This document shows, piece after piece, positions 42,690-53,145 of a stretch of 64,000 bases of DNA. The notes beneath the pieces were generated by a model that did no database searches, was not told the DNA's origin, and saw only the letters and a list, made by a program, of their open reading frames with translations. The stretch covers positions 2,336,001 through 2,400,000 of the forward strand of contig CBDCOX010000002.1 of NCBI GenBank assembly GCA_965219995.1, given 5' to 3'. The position numbers and the translations under genes are program-made. Each line of letters begins with the position of its first letter. Within the stretch, counting starts at the first letter, position 1. The stretch comes from Candidatus Latescibacterota bacterium. GTDB taxonomy: Bacteria > Latescibacterota > UBA2968 > GCA-2709665.

Positions 42690-43664
42690 CTACGACTCGA
42701 AGTATTCGATTATGCGACGCAGGGTGTTGTCGAGGCTCATTTTCGGCTCGTAGCTCACGAACGACCGGATTTTGGACAGATCCGGCACCCGATAGTTCAG
42801 GTCTTCATACGACCCCTTGGCAAATGCCTTGTCGTAAGGCACGAATTCGATGGGCGCGTCGCTTTCCGTCAGTGTCTTGACTTTATGCGCCAAATTGACG
42901 ATGCTGGTTTCGTTGGTCTCGACGTTCCCGCCCAGATTGAAGATCTCACCCGGCGTGTCCGGATGTTCGGCCAGCGCGACCAGGCCGTCGAGGGCATCTT
43001 CGATATCGGTAAAACAGCGACGTTGTTCCCCGTCGCCGTACACCGTGATCGGGTGACCCAGGAGCGCCTGCTTGACCATTCGCGGCACCACCATTCCGTA
43101 GTCGCCGGTCTGCCTGGGACCAATGACGTTGAAGAACCGCACGATGAGCATGGGCAGCTTCTTCTCCCGCCAGTAGGACAGACCCAACATTTCGTCCACC
43201 GCTTTTGTCGTAGAGTAGATCCATCGGTCCACGGTGATGGGTCCGAGCAGCCGATCGTCGTTTTCCTGGAAAGAAACCTTGCCGTTTTTCTTGCCGTACA
43301 CCTCGGACGTAGACGCGAGCATGACGCGCTTCTTGTCTTTATTGGCAAGCTCCAGGACAATTTCGGTGCCCCGGATATTGGTTGTCAGGGAATGCAGCGG
43401 ATTGTCGATGATGTAATTTACACCCACCGCCGCGGCCAGGTGATAGATCATATCGCACCATTCCACCAGTGGACGCAGTGTTTCCCCTTCCAGTATCGTG
43501 CCAACCTTTATCTTGAATCGCGGGTTGGACTCCAGGTGGTGGATATTGTTGTAGTCTCCGGTGGAAAGATCGTCGAGGACGAAAACTTCGTCGCCGCGCC
43601 TCAAATGCCGTTCCGCCAGATGTGAACCAATAAACCCCGCCCCGCCGGTAATCAACACCTTCAT
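42690..43664 (-). CDS. NAD-dependent nucleotide-sugar epimerase/dehydratase
   Basis: ITGGAGFIGSH, STSEVYG, YSTTK (YxxxK), RFFNVIGPRQ and GDGEQRRCF motifs. Confidence 0.92.
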   Translation of the reverse strand: MKVLITGGAGFIGSHLAERHLRRGDEVFVLDDLSTGDYNNIHHLESNPRFKIKVGTILEGETLRPLVEWCDMIYHLAAAVGVNYIIDNPLHSLTTNIRGTEIVLELANKDKKRVMLASTSEVYGKKNGKVSFQENDDRLLGPITVDRWIYSTTKAVDEMLGLSYWREKKLPMLIVRFFNVIGPRQTGDYGMVVPRMVKQALLGHPITVYGDGEQRRCFTDIEDALDGLVALAEHPDTPGEIFNLGGNVETNETSIVNLAHKVKTLTESDAPIEFVPYDKAFAKGSYEDLNYRVPDLSKIRSFVSYEPKMSLDNTLRRIIEYFES

Positions 43665-44983
43665 GCGTACGTCCCTTCCCAGCAGTCGCCCGGTGAACCG
43701 CTCCCGGCCCGCTTGTTTTCGGATAGCTTACGATAGAGGTGGCTGAAATCTTCCGCCAATCTTGTCAACCCGTACGATTCAACGATTTTTCGCCGATCAC
43801 CAACGGATATCTCCCGCCGCTCCCGCAGGGCCCGCTGAATTCCTGCGGAGAGCGCCGCAGAGTCACCAGGCGCAAACATCAGGCCAATCCGTTCGCTCCG
43901 AATCAGATCGGGCACGCCACCTACGCGAGACGCAACGACGTAACATCCGGTTGCCACGGCCTCCAGCAACGCAACCGGCAACCCCTCGTGGTGTGACGAC
44001 AGCACCGACAGATCGAGTGCGCCGTAGATTCGCGCCGTATCATTTCGAAAGCCGGTAAACCGCACCCGGTCTTCGAGCTTTCGCACATGCACGATGGTTT
44101 CAAGTTCGGTCCGCAGTTCCCCGTCGCCAACGACGACGAAACGAACGTCCGGCATGGTCTCGGCCACCTGTTCCGCGGCAGCGAGAAAAATGTCGACGCC
44201 CTTAATTGGAACCAGCCGCGACACCATGCCGACAAGCCGCGCTGAAGGGCCGAACCCCAGTTCGTCGCGAAGACCCGCGTCGCCCCGCCGCCGGCTCAGA
44301 TACGGATCCAGATCCACGCCCAGCCGAACCGTTCGAATGCGTGAGGGCGCCGCGATACGATGCGCCAGCAGTTCATCGCGCTGCCGTTCCGAAACCGCAA
44401 CAAGGACATCTGTCCGGCGGGCAAGAAGCCGCTCGATGAACACAATCAGGCAGGACTTCCAGGCAGAAAAATACCCCTTGAACACCAGCCCGTGAAACGT
44501 ATGCAGCGTTACCGGCACGCCGGCCAGCCAGGCCGCGACACGACCGAGCACACCCGCTTTCGACTTGTGGGTGTGGACAATTCCCGGACGAACACGTCTC
44601 AACAACCGGTACAACGCGACGAACACCCTGAGATCACGAACGGGAACGATCGCCCGGCTGAATCCCTGCACTTCCAGGGGTTGGATTCCTGACCGGAGGA
44701 TAACGTCGTCCATTTCGGCTTCGCCAGCCGCCACCTGGCCTTTGACCACCAGCGAGCGACATCCCCGTGACTCGAGCGCTTTCGTGAGAAAGAGCAGATA
44801 GGGCGTTGGCCCACCAACGTTCAAGCGATCGATAATCTGGATCAGATGAACCGGCGTTTGCGCGTCTGAAGGTTCCGCAGGCAAACCGACTCCGCAGGTG
44901 GAATCGCCACGATGGGGTCGAAAAAAGGGCTTCGACACCGGGATCAGCGTTTCAAATATAAACACCCGGGGATAAACCGGCAA
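43661..44983 (-). CDS. Glycosyltransferase family 4 (start uncertain)
   Basis: RLNVGGP, HTHKSKAG, RLVPIKG and EGLPVALLEA motifs. Confidence 0.88.
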   Translation of the reverse strand: MPVYPRVFIFETLIPVSKPFFRPHRGDSTCGVGLPAEPSDAQTPVHLIQIIDRLNVGGPTPYLLFLTKALESRGCRSLVVKGQVAAGEAEMDDVILRSGIQPLEVQGFSRAIVPVRDLRVFVALYRLLRRVRPGIVHTHKSKAGVLGRVAAWLAGVPVTLHTFHGLVFKGYFSAWKSCLIVFIERLLARRTDVLVAVSERQRDELLAHRIAAPSRIRTVRLGVDLDPYLSRRRGDAGLRDELGFGPSARLVGMVSRLVPIKGVDIFLAAAEQVAETMPDVRFVVVGDGELRTELETIVHVRKLEDRVRFTGFRNDTARIYGALDLSVLSSHHEGLPVALLEAVATGCYVVASRVGGVPDLIRSERIGLMFAPGDSAALSAGIQRALRERREISVGDRRKIVESYGLTRLAEDFSHLYRKLSENKRAGSGSPGDCWEGTYA

Positions 44984-45076
44984 CGCAAAAGTTACTCTTC
45001 ATGTATAAGTGAATCGTATAGAATGCGTGCGCCGTCATTGAAATCCAGAGATCGAACCAGGAACGGCAAGGCACGC

Positions 45077-46165
45077 TCAGGCCTCCGGTCCGGCCACCGA
45101 ATGCAGGATCCGCAACAACCTCCGGCTGCTGCGTTGCAGCGAATAACGGGCTTCCATTCTTGCGCGTCCGGCCCCGCCCATCCGAACCCGAAGCGCGCGG
45201 TCGCGGATCAGCCGGTCGAGACAGAATACCCACTCGTCGTGAGAACTTGCGCAAAACCCGCTGACGCCGTCTTCGATGATTTCGGTGTTTATACCCACGG
45301 GGCTGCTCACAGCCGGAATTCCCATTGAGAGGTATTGCAGGAGCTTGTACCCTCCCTTTCCCCGCGTCCACGGGTCGTCGGGCAGAGGCATCAGGCCGAT
45401 ATCGACCCGCCCCAGGTCCCGAACCTCGGTCTCGAGAGACCACGGGCGCCACTCCGTCGGCAACGCATCCGTATCAAAACCGCCTTCGCCGATCAGACAA
45501 AGCCGGACATGGCGGTGCCGCGCGCCCAACTCGGCAAGCGGCTCACGGATCAGTTCGAGATACGGGGCTGACGTGTAGCTGCCGATCCAGCCGAGAACCA
45601 CGCGGTCGTCTTCCTCGCCCGCACTTCCGGGGGAGTACCTCTCGGTGTCGATCGGCCCCGTTATGATCGACACATGGGGGCAGAATCGTTCGGCATACGA
45701 AGCTGTGTAGGTGTTTTCGACGATGACCCTGGATGACGCACGGAGCATCCCTGCCAGACTCCGGGAATGGTGCCAGGTTCTGAGTCGTGCCATCCAGTCT
45801 TCTTCGGGCGCCTCGGTGGTAAAGATCGCGTCGTCGAAATCGAATATAACCTTCCTCGAAAACAACCGCAGGAGCCTGGAAACGGGCGCACTGAAAAAAG
45901 CCCGCTGCACAAAAACAACGTGGTACCGCGGCGCAAGCCTGAGGGTTTGAACCCCCACATTGAACGAGCGCCACCACACCCAGGCATAGTGGATCAGACG
46001 CCAGAATCCTCTCCTTGCGTATGTCCAGGTGGATATCCGATCGGGCAATACAACCGCCACGTCGGCCTGCACGCCATTGGCTTTCAGGAAGGGGAGATAG
46101 TCAAACACGCGTGTACGGCTGGCGGCAAACCGGGGCCCGGTGAGCGCGACGAAAAAAACTCTCAA
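45077..46165 (-). CDS. Glycosyltransferase family 4
   Basis: FDFDDAIF, LGWIGS and DIGLMPLPDDPWTRGKGGYKLLQY motifs. Confidence 0.88.
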   Translation of the reverse strand: MRVFFVALTGPRFAASRTRVFDYLPFLKANGVQADVAVVLPDRISTWTYARRGFWRLIHYAWVWWRSFNVGVQTLRLAPRYHVVFVQRAFFSAPVSRLLRLFSRKVIFDFDDAIFTTEAPEEDWMARLRTWHHSRSLAGMLRASSRVIVENTYTASYAERFCPHVSIITGPIDTERYSPGSAGEEDDRVVLGWIGSYTSAPYLELIREPLAELGARHRHVRLCLIGEGGFDTDALPTEWRPWSLETEVRDLGRVDIGLMPLPDDPWTRGKGGYKLLQYLSMGIPAVSSPVGINTEIIEDGVSGFCASSHDEWVFCLDRLIRDRALRVRMGGAGRARMEARYSLQRSSRRLLRILHSVAGPEA

Positions 46166-46242
46166 GGCGGGAAAGCTCCATCAATATAAACACGCAATTC
46201 CGGCGAATCAATGGAAAACGGCGCGTTTTCGGGAAATCGCCG

Positions 46243-47085
46243 TCAGGCGGAACGCCACGACGCCGGCGATTCGCGATCGAGAAGTTCGAACAGCTTCCGG
46301 TTTTCTTCCTTGTAAAATCCGTACAATTTTCGTACGACGGGTTCGCTGGGAAGAAAATCGCTCTCGGGCAGGAAGCGCCCCAGAACGCTCGTCAATGGAG
46401 ACAGGGCCGGGAAATAAAACCGCGCGATCAGATGTATTTTGCAGGCGTCGAATCGATTGACCCGCTGCGCCACCCCCGAAAAACGATAGGCATCGTCGAT
46501 CTCAAGAAATCTGCAGACCTTTTTCAAACCGTCGTGCGGGCGCAGCACGATGTCCTCTTCGAAAAAAAGCACCAGAATCTGATCCCGCCTGAATAGATTC
46601 AGGTAGGCTGTGAGCAATGTAAAGAACCGGCCCACCTCGAAGATCCCAAACCCTTCCAGCAGGCCGGTTTTCCTACCCGCCAGCAAATCGTCCATCCGAT
46701 GCAGCGGAGATATCCGACCGGTCCGTATCAGATGCTTTACCGCGGAAACGGCCCGGTCGACGGGATTTTTCAGCGTAACAATCAGTTTCGCGTGGGGCAG
46801 GTGTGTCCGGATGTGCCGGTGCACGTCGGGCATGTGCCCTTCGCCGCCCCGTCCGTCCGCCCAGAAATAGTCCGGCGTTTTCTCACCCACACGGCTTTGG
46901 CTATCGGCCGCCGCGAAGTGACTGGCGTACCATTCGATTCCCTTGTGGTAATTACCGGCCTTATCGAAGAAATGCACTTCCCTGTCGGGCATGTACACGT
47001 CCGGATGCTGGCGGAGCATGGACGCCAGCCAGGTCGTTCCGCACTTCTGTGCGCCGATAATCAGGAAATCCGGCAAACGAGTCAT
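46243..47085 (-). CDS. PAPS-dependent sulfotransferase
   Basis: LPDFLIIGAQKCGTT (5'-PSB loop), EVHFFD, GEKTPDY and LKNPVDRAVS (3'-PB). Confidence 0.88.
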   Translation of the reverse strand: MTRLPDFLIIGAQKCGTTWLASMLRQHPDVYMPDREVHFFDKAGNYHKGIEWYASHFAAADSQSRVGEKTPDYFWADGRGGEGHMPDVHRHIRTHLPHAKLIVTLKNPVDRAVSAVKHLIRTGRISPLHRMDDLLAGRKTGLLEGFGIFEVGRFFTLLTAYLNLFRRDQILVLFFEEDIVLRPHDGLKKVCRFLEIDDAYRFSGVAQRVNRFDACKIHLIARFYFPALSPLTSVLGRFLPESDFLPSEPVVRKLYGFYKEENRKLFELLDRESPASWRSA

Positions 47086-47163
47086 ACGCCACTCCTTGTG
47101 CCGTGTTCCGAAGAGCCCTCACAGTTGGCCCGAATTCCGGAAACCTGCTTCCCGGACAATGCA

Positions 47164-48618
47164 CTAACGCCGGATCAGTCCGACCAGGCGCGTAGCCTCC
47201 ACGGCGGTCTCCTTTGAAAACAAACGGAGAGCAAGCGGATAAACCAGAACGCCCGCGACCACGCAGGACCCGGCCAACGCAGAATCGGAAAGCGCGCCTG
47301 TCACCAGCCACTTGTAGACGGCGACCAGCCCGATCATCAATCCGCTGCCCAGCGCAGCCGGACGCAACGCCTCGAGGAAATCGCCAAATGTAATCCGGGC
47401 CAGCTGGTTCACGATGGCCTGCGAGACGACCGTCAGGACCAGCACACCGAGGCTGACCGCCAGCGCGGCGCCCGTTATCCCCCAACCGATGCCCGTTCGC
47501 AGGGCCACAAGCATGAAGACGGCGCCGCAGATATTCCAGATCAATGCCAGGCCGGTGCGCCCCATGGCGGACCAGACCAGGCCGGCGGGAGACGCGACGG
47601 ACCGCAGCGCTCCGGCCGCGCAAAGCACCTGAAGGACGGCCGCCGCGGGCGCCATCTCCTCCTTGAACAGCAACTCCACGCCAGGGTGCGCCAACAGGAA
47701 AAACCCCGCCATAATCGGGAATACGAGCACCGCGACGTACTTCACGGTGGACAGATAGGCCCGGCCAAGCCGGGCGATGTCGTCCTGCAGAGCGGAGAAA
47801 GCCGGAAAGGTGACCTTTGCAATGGCCTGCACCACGCGGGTCTGCGGAAATGCGATGAGGCGATACGCCAGTCCGTAGTAGCCCAGCGCCTCGATCCCCA
47901 GGAACCTGCCAATCAGAAGATAGTCCAGGTTTTGCTGGACATAGCCGGCCAGCCTCGACCCCGTCCACTTTCCGCCGAACCCGATCAGTACCCTTGCATC
48001 GGCGACGCTGAAGGACGCTCTCGCATGAACAGGGCAGAACATCCATGGACCGAGGCCCAGAACCGCGTGGCGGGCGACGTAGGCCCAGACGAGGCTCCAC
48101 ACCTCGTATCCCTGTACGGCCAGCAGCGCAAGGATGATACCGCTTGAGAACGCCGCACAAACATCCAGAATCGCCAGCTGTCCAAAACGGAACGTGCGCT
48201 CCATCTGAGCCCGGGGAACGGCGCCCATCCCGGCGAATAACAGCCCGGAGGCCATTGTCGGGAGAACCGCGGCAACCTGAGGGTCATCAAAAAAAAGTCC
48301 GCCCAGGAAACGGGCGGCAAGATAGAATAGGGCGGCCAGCGAACAGGAGATGACAAGGCCCATCCAGAACGCCGCGGCCATGTGCGCCTCGGCCGCATCC
48401 CGCTTCTGAATCAGGGCCCGCCCCAGACCCATTTCCGCGACCAGTATGCCAACGCCGACAATTGTGGCCGCGGCCACCTCTGTACCGAACGCCCGGGACG
48501 GTTCGGTCAGATGCCGCACCGCCAGTCCCAACGCGCCAACCTGGATCAGATAGCCGACGCCCTGCGCCAGGCCGGTCCACGAGAAACCCCGGACGGTTGT
48601 GCGACGCAGGTCGGTCAT
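47164..48618 (-). CDS. wzx: Wzx-type oligosaccharide flippase (WzxC-like)
   Basis: EMGLGRALIQK and NLDYLLIGRFLGIEALGYYGLAY; about 12 TM segments. Confidence 0.85.
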   Translation of the reverse strand: MTDLRRTTVRGFSWTGLAQGVGYLIQVGALGLAVRHLTEPSRAFGTEVAAATIVGVGILVAEMGLGRALIQKRDAAEAHMAAAFWMGLVISCSLAALFYLAARFLGGLFFDDPQVAAVLPTMASGLLFAGMGAVPRAQMERTFRFGQLAILDVCAAFSSGIILALLAVQGYEVWSLVWAYVARHAVLGLGPWMFCPVHARASFSVADARVLIGFGGKWTGSRLAGYVQQNLDYLLIGRFLGIEALGYYGLAYRLIAFPQTRVVQAIAKVTFPAFSALQDDIARLGRAYLSTVKYVAVLVFPIMAGFFLLAHPGVELLFKEEMAPAAAVLQVLCAAGALRSVASPAGLVWSAMGRTGLALIWNICGAVFMLVALRTGIGWGITGAALAVSLGVLVLTVVSQAIVNQLARITFGDFLEALRPAALGSGLMIGLVAVYKWLVTGALSDSALAGSCVVAGVLVYPLALRLFSKETAVEATRLVGLIRR

Positions 48619-48629
48619 CCGGCCCCTTT

Positions 48630-49604
48630 CTATACGGTCTCCACGCGGGCCAACCGCACGCCGGTCCATACCGCCATCACGACCACACAAACCAGAATGG
48701 CAAAGCTGATCGCGGCCGGCACCACGGCCGCCACGATTCCGCAAAGGGCGAGAAGTCCACCCGCAAGATGAATACGCCGAACCGCGCCACGGACGGAATG
48801 CCCCATTCTCACCAGCCGCTGCGCAACGTGATCGCGGCTGGCTTTCATCACGGGCAAGCCCTTTCTCTTTCTCACGACACAGAGAAACACGGCCTCGAAA
48901 CAGGGAACGCCCAGCACCAGTACCGCGCAGAGTTCGCCCTGAACGCCCGGCATCGCCCTCGATATCTCCACCGACATCGCGCCAAGCACAAACCCGGCGA
49001 ACAGACTGCCGGCGTCGCCCATGTAGACCCTTGCCGGATGTGCGTTGTATACCAGGAACCCCAGAAAGCCTCCAGCCAGGCTGGCGCCCAGAATCACAAC
49101 CGGCGCCGCGCCGACGACGAGACCCAACCCCGCCAGTCCAATCGAAGCGATGGCGCCTGCGCCTGCGGACAAACCATCCATCATGTCGAGCACGTTAAAC
49201 GCGTTACACATCCAGACCAGCCACACTCCGGTGAGTACAGCGTCGACCACGGTACTTCCGGTTGTATCGAATCGAAGCCCGCCACCAACCGCAATAATGA
49301 CCGTAAAGATTTGAAACGCAAGCTTTTGAACGGGTGATAGCGGCCACTTATCGTCGACGAATCCGATGGCGCCCATGCCAAGTGCGCCAATCCACAGGCC
49401 AGTGGGAAACGACAGCGGCGCAAATGGAAGCAGCAGCAGGGTTGCGACCGCGATGGCCACGCCGCCGATAGGTGGGACCGGTTCCGCGTCGTTGGACCCG
49501 ACTGACTTCAACCACGAGGCGCGCAGCGCGGCAGCGCGCAGAAGAGGTGTCAGCAAGAGCGCGGTTCCGAAACCGAAAGCGAGAAATAACGCAGAGGACA
49601 ACAC
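48630..49604 (-). CDS. MraY/WecA-family polyprenyl-phosphate HexNAc-1-phosphate transferase
   Basis: PIGGVAI, GFVDD, NAFNVLDMMDGL, YNAHPARVYMGDAGS and SRDH motifs. Confidence 0.88.
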   Translation of the reverse strand: MLSSALFLAFGFGTALLLTPLLRAAALRASWLKSVGSNDAEPVPPIGGVAIAVATLLLLPFAPLSFPTGLWIGALGMGAIGFVDDKWPLSPVQKLAFQIFTVIIAVGGGLRFDTTGSTVVDAVLTGVWLVWMCNAFNVLDMMDGLSAGAGAIASIGLAGLGLVVGAAPVVILGASLAGGFLGFLVYNAHPARVYMGDAGSLFAGFVLGAMSVEISRAMPGVQGELCAVLVLGVPCFEAVFLCVVRKRKGLPVMKASRDHVAQRLVRMGHSVRGAVRRIHLAGGLLALCGIVAAVVPAAISFAILVCVVVMAVWTGVRLARVETV

Positions 49605-49631
49605 GATATACTTTCTGCACGAGAGCGCGAA

Positions 49632-50771
49632 TCAGGACTCGCCGCGAGGATTCCGGCAGTTGGGTTGAAAGCTCCGGACAGCGTCGATTACCTGGGCGAC
49701 GTCTCGGTCGGTCATCGCCGGATAGAGCGGCAACGTTACCAGTTCATGCCACACAGACTCAGTCACCGGCAGCGTGCAGCGATAGGGTTCGTGGATCGGA
49801 TAAAGATGATTCGGATAATAATGTACGCTGGAATCGACATCCCGTCCGTGCAGATGGGCGACCAGATGATCCCTGTCCGAAACGCGCGGGACATAGGCAT
49901 GGAATGCGCTGCGCGCGTACGGCGCAATCCTGGGCGTCCGAAGCCACGGCAGATCGGAAAACGCCTTATCGTATTGCAGAACGATTTCCCGTCGCTGCGC
50001 GTTGGCAGACTCCAGTCTCCCCAGCTGCACAAGCCCGATGGCCGCATTCAGATCGTTCATGTAGAACTTGTGACCCACCTCGGTCACTTCGTACAACCAG
50101 CGTTTCTGTTGCGGACCTGCCGTAAACCGGTCCCACGTACCCTGGGGGATGCCCATCCAGCTCAGCCGCTTGAGGCGCTCGGCCAGTTGCGAATCGTTGG
50201 TGGTGAGCATTCCGCCGTCGCAGGTCGTCAGATTCTTCTGTGCCTGGAAACTGAAACACCCGATCGTTCCCAATCCGCCAGCCATCCGACCCTTGTACCG
50301 GGCGCCGCAGGCATGGGCGGCATCTTCCACAACCGGGATGTTCCTGGACGACGCGATCTCCAGTATCGAATCCATGTCGCAGGGGTGGCCGCTGTGATGC
50401 ACAACCATAATTGCGGCTGTTCTGTCCGAAACCCGGCGGGCGACGCATTCGGGGTCCAGATTCAGCGTGACGGGATCGATGTCGCAAAAGACCGGAATGG
50501 CGCCGTTCTGGAGAATCGCATGGTTGGTGGCGACAAAGGTCATGGATGAGGTAATGACCTCGCGGCCCTCCACGCCCAGCACCTTGAGCGCCAGCAGCAA
50601 TGCCGACGAACACGAATTCACGCTGACCGCAAACGACGTCCCGATATACTCGGCGAACCGCTCTTCGAAGGCTGCGGCCTTCGTGCCTGCCCCGACCCAT
50701 CCGGACAGCATCACCTCCCGGACCGCCGCCACCTCCTCTTCGTCGAAACAGGCCCGCCAGATGGGTATCAT
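49632..50771 (-). CDS. DegT/DnrJ/EryC1/StrS PLP-dependent sugar aminotransferase
   Basis: TFVATNHA, VVEDAAHA and CFSFQAQKNLTTCDGG motifs. Confidence 0.92.
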   Translation of the reverse strand: MIPIWRACFDEEEVAAVREVMLSGWVGAGTKAAAFEERFAEYIGTSFAVSVNSCSSALLLALKVLGVEGREVITSSMTFVATNHAILQNGAIPVFCDIDPVTLNLDPECVARRVSDRTAAIMVVHHSGHPCDMDSILEIASSRNIPVVEDAAHACGARYKGRMAGGLGTIGCFSFQAQKNLTTCDGGMLTTNDSQLAERLKRLSWMGIPQGTWDRFTAGPQQKRWLYEVTEVGHKFYMNDLNAAIGLVQLGRLESANAQRREIVLQYDKAFSDLPWLRTPRIAPYARSAFHAYVPRVSDRDHLVAHLHGRDVDSSVHYYPNHLYPIHEPYRCTLPVTESVWHELVTLPLYPAMTDRDVAQVIDAVRSFQPNCRNPRGES

Positions 50772-51730
50772 GAAATCTCCTTCGGGCCCGAACACGTTGG
50801 CGGAAAACCAAAGCGGGTCCGACGTTCAACGCCCCCCGTCAGGACCCGTCGATACGCCTTCAGCCTTGCCCTGGCCTCCTGCCTGAATCCGGGCAACAGA
50901 AAGAGACCTCCCCAGAGCAGCGTTCTCAAAACCATCTCCGGAAACGTCAGTGCGGCCAGGAGGCGGCCCGCACGATTTCCCAGGTGTTTGTTCATCACGT
51001 AAAGGTGACTCGCCATGCCCTCCACGAGCATCCGCTCCTGCGCCTTCTTCGAACTCCTGCCGCCCGCATGGAATGCGCAAGCCTCCGGCAGATAGGCCAC
51101 GGTCCAACCGGCCCTACCAAGCCTGAGGCATAGGTCGACATCTTCATAGTACATGAATATCGCGTCGTCCATGCCGCCGACCGCGCGGAAGGCGCTGCGA
51201 CGCACAAGGAAACAGGCACCCGTCACCCAGCCGACCGAAGCTGGGCCACGGGAGACCCGGCAGCCGAATTTAAGCATTGGAAAAACAAGATGCAACAGGA
51301 ATTTACGGCAGATTTCGCCAGCCAGTCGGGGCGCCCCGCCACAAGACAGGTGCGCTCGACCCCTCCGGTCCACGAGGCGCGGCCCGACCACGCCGACACG
51401 TTCGTTGGCATCGAGATAATCCAAAAGGCGTTCGACCGCATCCGGCGACACGGTCACGTCAGGGTTCATGGCGAGAATGTAAGGAGCGGTGGAACCCTCC
51501 ACCCCCCGGTTGACGCCCCTGCCGAACCCGGCATTCCCTCCCATCTCTACCAGCCTTACGCCGTCGCCAAAGGGTTCCAGCGCGGCGGGACTGCCGTCCG
51601 AAGACGCGTTGTCCACAACAACGACGTCCAGCCGAAGCCGTTCCTTTACTTCGATCAGCGATGCGACGCACCGGAAGAGGTCTTCACCCGCGTTCCAGTT
51701 CACCACCACCGCCGTCACCGCCGGTTTCAT
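50768..51730 (-). CDS. Glycosyltransferase family 2
   Basis: VVVNWN, VVDNASSDGS, NAGFGRGVN, MNPD, GACFLVRR and FMYYEDVDLC motifs. Confidence 0.9.
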   Translation of the reverse strand: MKPAVTAVVVNWNAGEDLFRCVASLIEVKERLRLDVVVVDNASSDGSPAALEPFGDGVRLVEMGGNAGFGRGVNRGVEGSTAPYILAMNPDVTVSPDAVERLLDYLDANERVGVVGPRLVDRRGRAHLSCGGAPRLAGEICRKFLLHLVFPMLKFGCRVSRGPASVGWVTGACFLVRRSAFRAVGGMDDAIFMYYEDVDLCLRLGRAGWTVAYLPEACAFHAGGRSSKKAQERMLVEGMASHLYVMNKHLGNRAGRLLAALTFPEMVLRTLLWGGLFLLPGFRQEARARLKAYRRVLTGGVERRTRFGFPPTCSGPKEIS

Positions 51731-53129
51731 CCGCCTCTCCATCCAAACGGGCCAGAATGCCAAGAAAACACGCATGCCAGAAGATCAGCCGGTTGCCCAT
51801 CATCGTATTGTCGGTCAAAATATACACGAGCAGTGCCGCGTACACCGCAAGAAACGCGGCGCAGAAGCCTTTTATGAGCGGATCGTCAGTGCGGCGGAAC
51901 ATCCCGAACGCGATCCGCAGCCCGCGGATGAAGATCCACAGGAATGCGACCACACCCAGAATTCCCATACGCATCATGATCGTCAGATAGGTATTGTCAA
52001 CGCCTCCGGACGTAAAGACGTAGGGTTGCGAATACTCGTCGACCCTCAGATAGGAAATCGTGGCGCCGTGTCCGCCACCCAGCACCGGCCGCTCCCGGAT
52101 CTTCTCGAGGGCCAGCGCATAGGCCAGCAGACGCCCCTGGATCTCCAGGTCTCCCTCGGTTACCGTGCGGCGCAGACGATGGGCAGCCATATCCTCGACT
52201 CCTGCGCCCGTAAACTGCTGGAAATAGTATCCCAGGCCCAGGAGCAGAACAGGAATCAGCATTACGATCAGAAGCCGGCGTCCACGGTGCCTCCCCCGGT
52301 CGAGCAGAACCAGCCCGCCCACACAGAACAGTCCGAACAGCAGGCTGCCCCACATCGCACGGCCCATCGTGACCACCAGCGCGAGGCCGATGGGAACCAG
52401 GAGAAGACCACCCACCGTGCGGCGAACCGGCGACGTGTCGTAGAGGAACGCCGCCGCGAGAACCAGAACCCCCATCGGCAGCAGCAGCCCCTCCCGCCGC
52501 GCCACGCGGAAGAAAGCACCGGCATACGAGAGGTCGACGGCTCGGACGAATTCTACCAGGTACTCCACGCCCACGACGGCCGCGGAGACGACCAGCACAG
52601 AAAGAAACAACCCGCGCCTGCGCAGATCGAAAAAGCCTGTCACGACGAAGAACAGCACGTAGTAAAGAGGGTATCGCACGTCCCTCAGAATCTGCCGGAC
52701 GTCCTGACCGTAAAACAGACCCAGCGCCATCGATGTCACCACCAGCGCCAGAAAAACCAGCATCGGACGGTCCAGCCGGGTGCGTACCCGGTTCAGCCGT
52801 CGTTCCTGGAGCCAGGCGACGAATGCCACACCCCACACCACCAGAAACAGCGCCTCGCAGAAATGCAGATTCCCGGGCAACATGAGATGATCTTCGTAGA
52901 ACTCGGAGGAGATCACGGAAGCGATGAAGCAGAGATACAGGAGCGCGGACGTGACCGACGCCATCAGGGCGATCCCGGAAACCACAACCAGGCTTACGGT
53001 GATCACCGGAATCACCTCGCCGAAACGCCAGAAAGGCAACGCGATCAGCGCGAGCTGCACGATGCAGACGGCCGCAATTACCCACCCTTCGCGTCTTCTC
53101 GGCGTCGACAGATCCGTTGCTGTTTCCAT
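51684..53129 (-). CDS. O-antigen ligase/Wzy_C-family membrane protein
   Basis: Polytopic; TMGRAMW; periplasmic loop GRLLAY...RPVLGGGHG; VDNTYLTIMMRMGILG. Confidence 0.78.
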   Translation of the reverse strand: METATDLSTPRRREGWVIAAVCIVQLALIALPFWRFGEVIPVITVSLVVVSGIALMASVTSALLYLCFIASVISSEFYEDHLMLPGNLHFCEALFLVVWGVAFVAWLQERRLNRVRTRLDRPMLVFLALVVTSMALGLFYGQDVRQILRDVRYPLYYVLFFVVTGFFDLRRRGLFLSVLVVSAAVVGVEYLVEFVRAVDLSYAGAFFRVARREGLLLPMGVLVLAAAFLYDTSPVRRTVGGLLLVPIGLALVVTMGRAMWGSLLFGLFCVGGLVLLDRGRHRGRRLLIVMLIPVLLLGLGYYFQQFTGAGVEDMAAHRLRRTVTEGDLEIQGRLLAYALALEKIRERPVLGGGHGATISYLRVDEYSQPYVFTSGGVDNTYLTIMMRMGILGVVAFLWIFIRGLRIAFGMFRRTDDPLIKGFCAAFLAVYAALLVYILTDNTMMGNRLIFWHACFLGILARLDGEADETGGDGGGGELERG

Positions 53130-53145
53130 CGGTCCGCTTTCCCGC

